Below are positions 62,121-64,000 of a stretch of 64,000 nt of DNA, piece by piece (the first letter of the stretch is position 1; each line of letters opens with the position of its first letter). The position numbers and the translations under genes were made by a program. Below the pieces are notes generated by a model. It saw only the letters and a list, made by a program, of their open reading frames with translations, searched no databases and was not told where the DNA came from. The DNA is from Malacoraja senta (lineage: Eukaryota), in the NCBI GenBank assembly GCA_038087875.1, contig CM075997.1:5704001-5768000 (forward strand), in the 5' to 3' direction.

Positions 62121-63676
62121 TAAAATATTTTGATGAGCAACACAATTAAAGGGTGTGCAAAATGTAATATTGTTCAGTCAAAAATAGAGGAAATATCGAG
62201 TACATGTTAAAATGTTCTTGTAATTATTTTCTATAAACATGAGTTAAAGTTGTAACTACTTTTATGTGCTTTCAAACAAAATTAAATCTCGGCATATGTA
62301 ATGCTTTGGAAGTAGATGTTGGTGTATTGTGGTACTTTTTGAACATGGGATTGGAGGCAGTTGCTTGAGGAAAATGATAACAGCCAGAACATGCTAATGA
62401 AAAATAAGAACAGCCACTGCTTATCAAAAATGTTAGCTTGGGGACAGAGCAGATGTTGAGTTAATGAACAGTGCTTTCGTTGTATGGTGTAAATCCACCC
62501 ACATTGAGTGTATAATGGGAATCACGACTGTGTTAGGATCATTATTTCATATGGAGGTTTTGTTTAATTGTTTTTAAAAAACCTGTTCACACTATTCATA
62601 GAAGTACTTCTCATAACATTATGAAGGCTGATGATTCCATGCAGTTGAAAATATCTGAACAATTTCACTAATGATAAACATACTGAAAAGAGTAAATGTA
62701 AGTTAGGCTTAAAATGCACATCTCTTAAAGGACTATCTATAGAGCTGTGAAAAGGAATGTTAAGTGGATTATTGAACTATCAGGAAGATTTGTGAAGATT
62801 TACCATGTTGAATCTTGGGATATTGTGTTTGTTGTATGAGGAGAGGATAATCAGACCAGGATTGTTCTGTGGAGACACAAGGGGCTGCAGATGCTGGAAT
62901 ATTGAGCAAAACACAGTTGGAGGATTTCAGCGGATCAGGCAGCATCTGTGGAGGGAAATGGAAAGGAGTTTAGAAAAATGGTGATATCATCAAAATATAC
63001 AAAATTCTTCCAGAACGTGACACGGTATATACAAAGTTAATGCTTCCCATGACTGTGTTGTCCAGAACCAGGGGTTATGGTATTAAAATAAGAGGCCAGC
63101 CTTTAAGAACACAGCTGGGAAAAATATTCTTTGCCTCGGACAATGTTTTTTTCAGAATTTCCAACCCGAGAGGGCTGCAAAGAATCAAAAATTTTAAATG
63201 AATAGTCGAAAGAATAACAGGCAATTGAATTTTAAATTATAAGGTAGGATTCAAACAACTGAATTTGTTGTGAGAAAAGGGTACAAATTGGGGCATCACC
63301 ACACTGACCAGGTCATTCAATTGTTAAGAGAATGTGACGCATATACAATGACTGAAGATTAGAACATTTTAATAATGATCACTCTTCAAAATACCTCCAG
63401 TAAATGTAACCAGCAGAGCAAACAGATATAAGAAAAAACATTAAAATAATACAATAACGTTGCAACATCTCGCACTTGATATTAGACTCATCTGCTCATT
63501 CTCTGTCCATATCTGTAACTGATCAATATCCTGCAGTATCCTTTGACAGCCTTCCTCACTGTTGCAACTCTATTAATTTCAGTGTCATCTGCAAACTTAC
63601 TAACCATCTACATTTACATCCACTGTTTACATTGTGATACACACAGACAGACACAGAGAGAGAGTCAGAAAGAGAG

Positions 63677-64000
63677 GTAGACACAAAATACTGGAGTAAC
63701 TCAGCGGGTGAGGCAGCATCTCTGGAGAGAAGGAATGGGTGAAGTTTTGGGTCGAGACCCTTCTTCAGACTGATGTCAGGGGAGGGGGCTGGACAAAGAT
63801 ACAATGTAGTCGTAGACAGTAAGACTGGTGGGAGAACTGGGAAGAGGAAGGGGATGGAGAGAGAAAGCAAGGGCTATCTGAAGTTAGAGAAGTCAATGTT
63901 CAAACCTCTAGGGTGTAAACTACCCGAGAGAAATATGAGATGCTGTTCCTTCAATTTGCGCAGGGCCTCACTCTGACAAAGGAGGAGGCCCAGGACAGAA
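63677..64000 (-). mobile_element. Penelope-like 3' end, running past the window edge
   Basis: Minus strand CQSEALRKLKEQHLIFLSGSLHPRGLNIDFSNFR followed by a terminal repeat with hammerhead remnant at 63738-63773. Confidence 0.85.

Overview
This is eukaryotic genomic DNA, most likely from a cartilaginous fish. A skate or ray is inferred from the HE1/V-type SINEs and the dominance of CR1 and Penelope-like elements. The whole window lies inside the 5' part of a + strand ryanodine receptor gene that best matches RyR1. Six constitutive exons are recognisable, equivalent to human RYR1 exons 2-7 (17171-17290, 20493-20597, 50796-50870, 52163-52241, 52772-52884, 61293-61392), all GT-AG and in continuous frame. 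Exon 1 was not found and probably lies upstream. The introns are dense with transposons: CR1 LINEs (one with an intact 964-aa ORF2, and one same-family antisense nested pair), Penelope-like elements with GIY-YIG remnants and minimal hammerhead ribozyme motifs, two hAT-type DNA transposons, an L2, a Rex1/Babar element, SINEs and a minisatellite. The most notable observation is a frame-preserving 21-nt microexon (PLDLDKW, 36110-36130) in the 30-kb intron 3. It resembles RYR2 exon 4, sits in a TE-free island and has SRRM4/RBFOX-type motifs, with further candidate microexons nearby. Other highlights are more than 10 hammerhead ribozyme motifs in the introns, several perfect templated inversions and hairpins (one replaces the RT catalytic motif of a CR1), and a CR1 ORF1 module swap. 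TE boundaries are approximate unless a TSD or TIR is quoted, and all family assignments come from motif recognition, not database searches.
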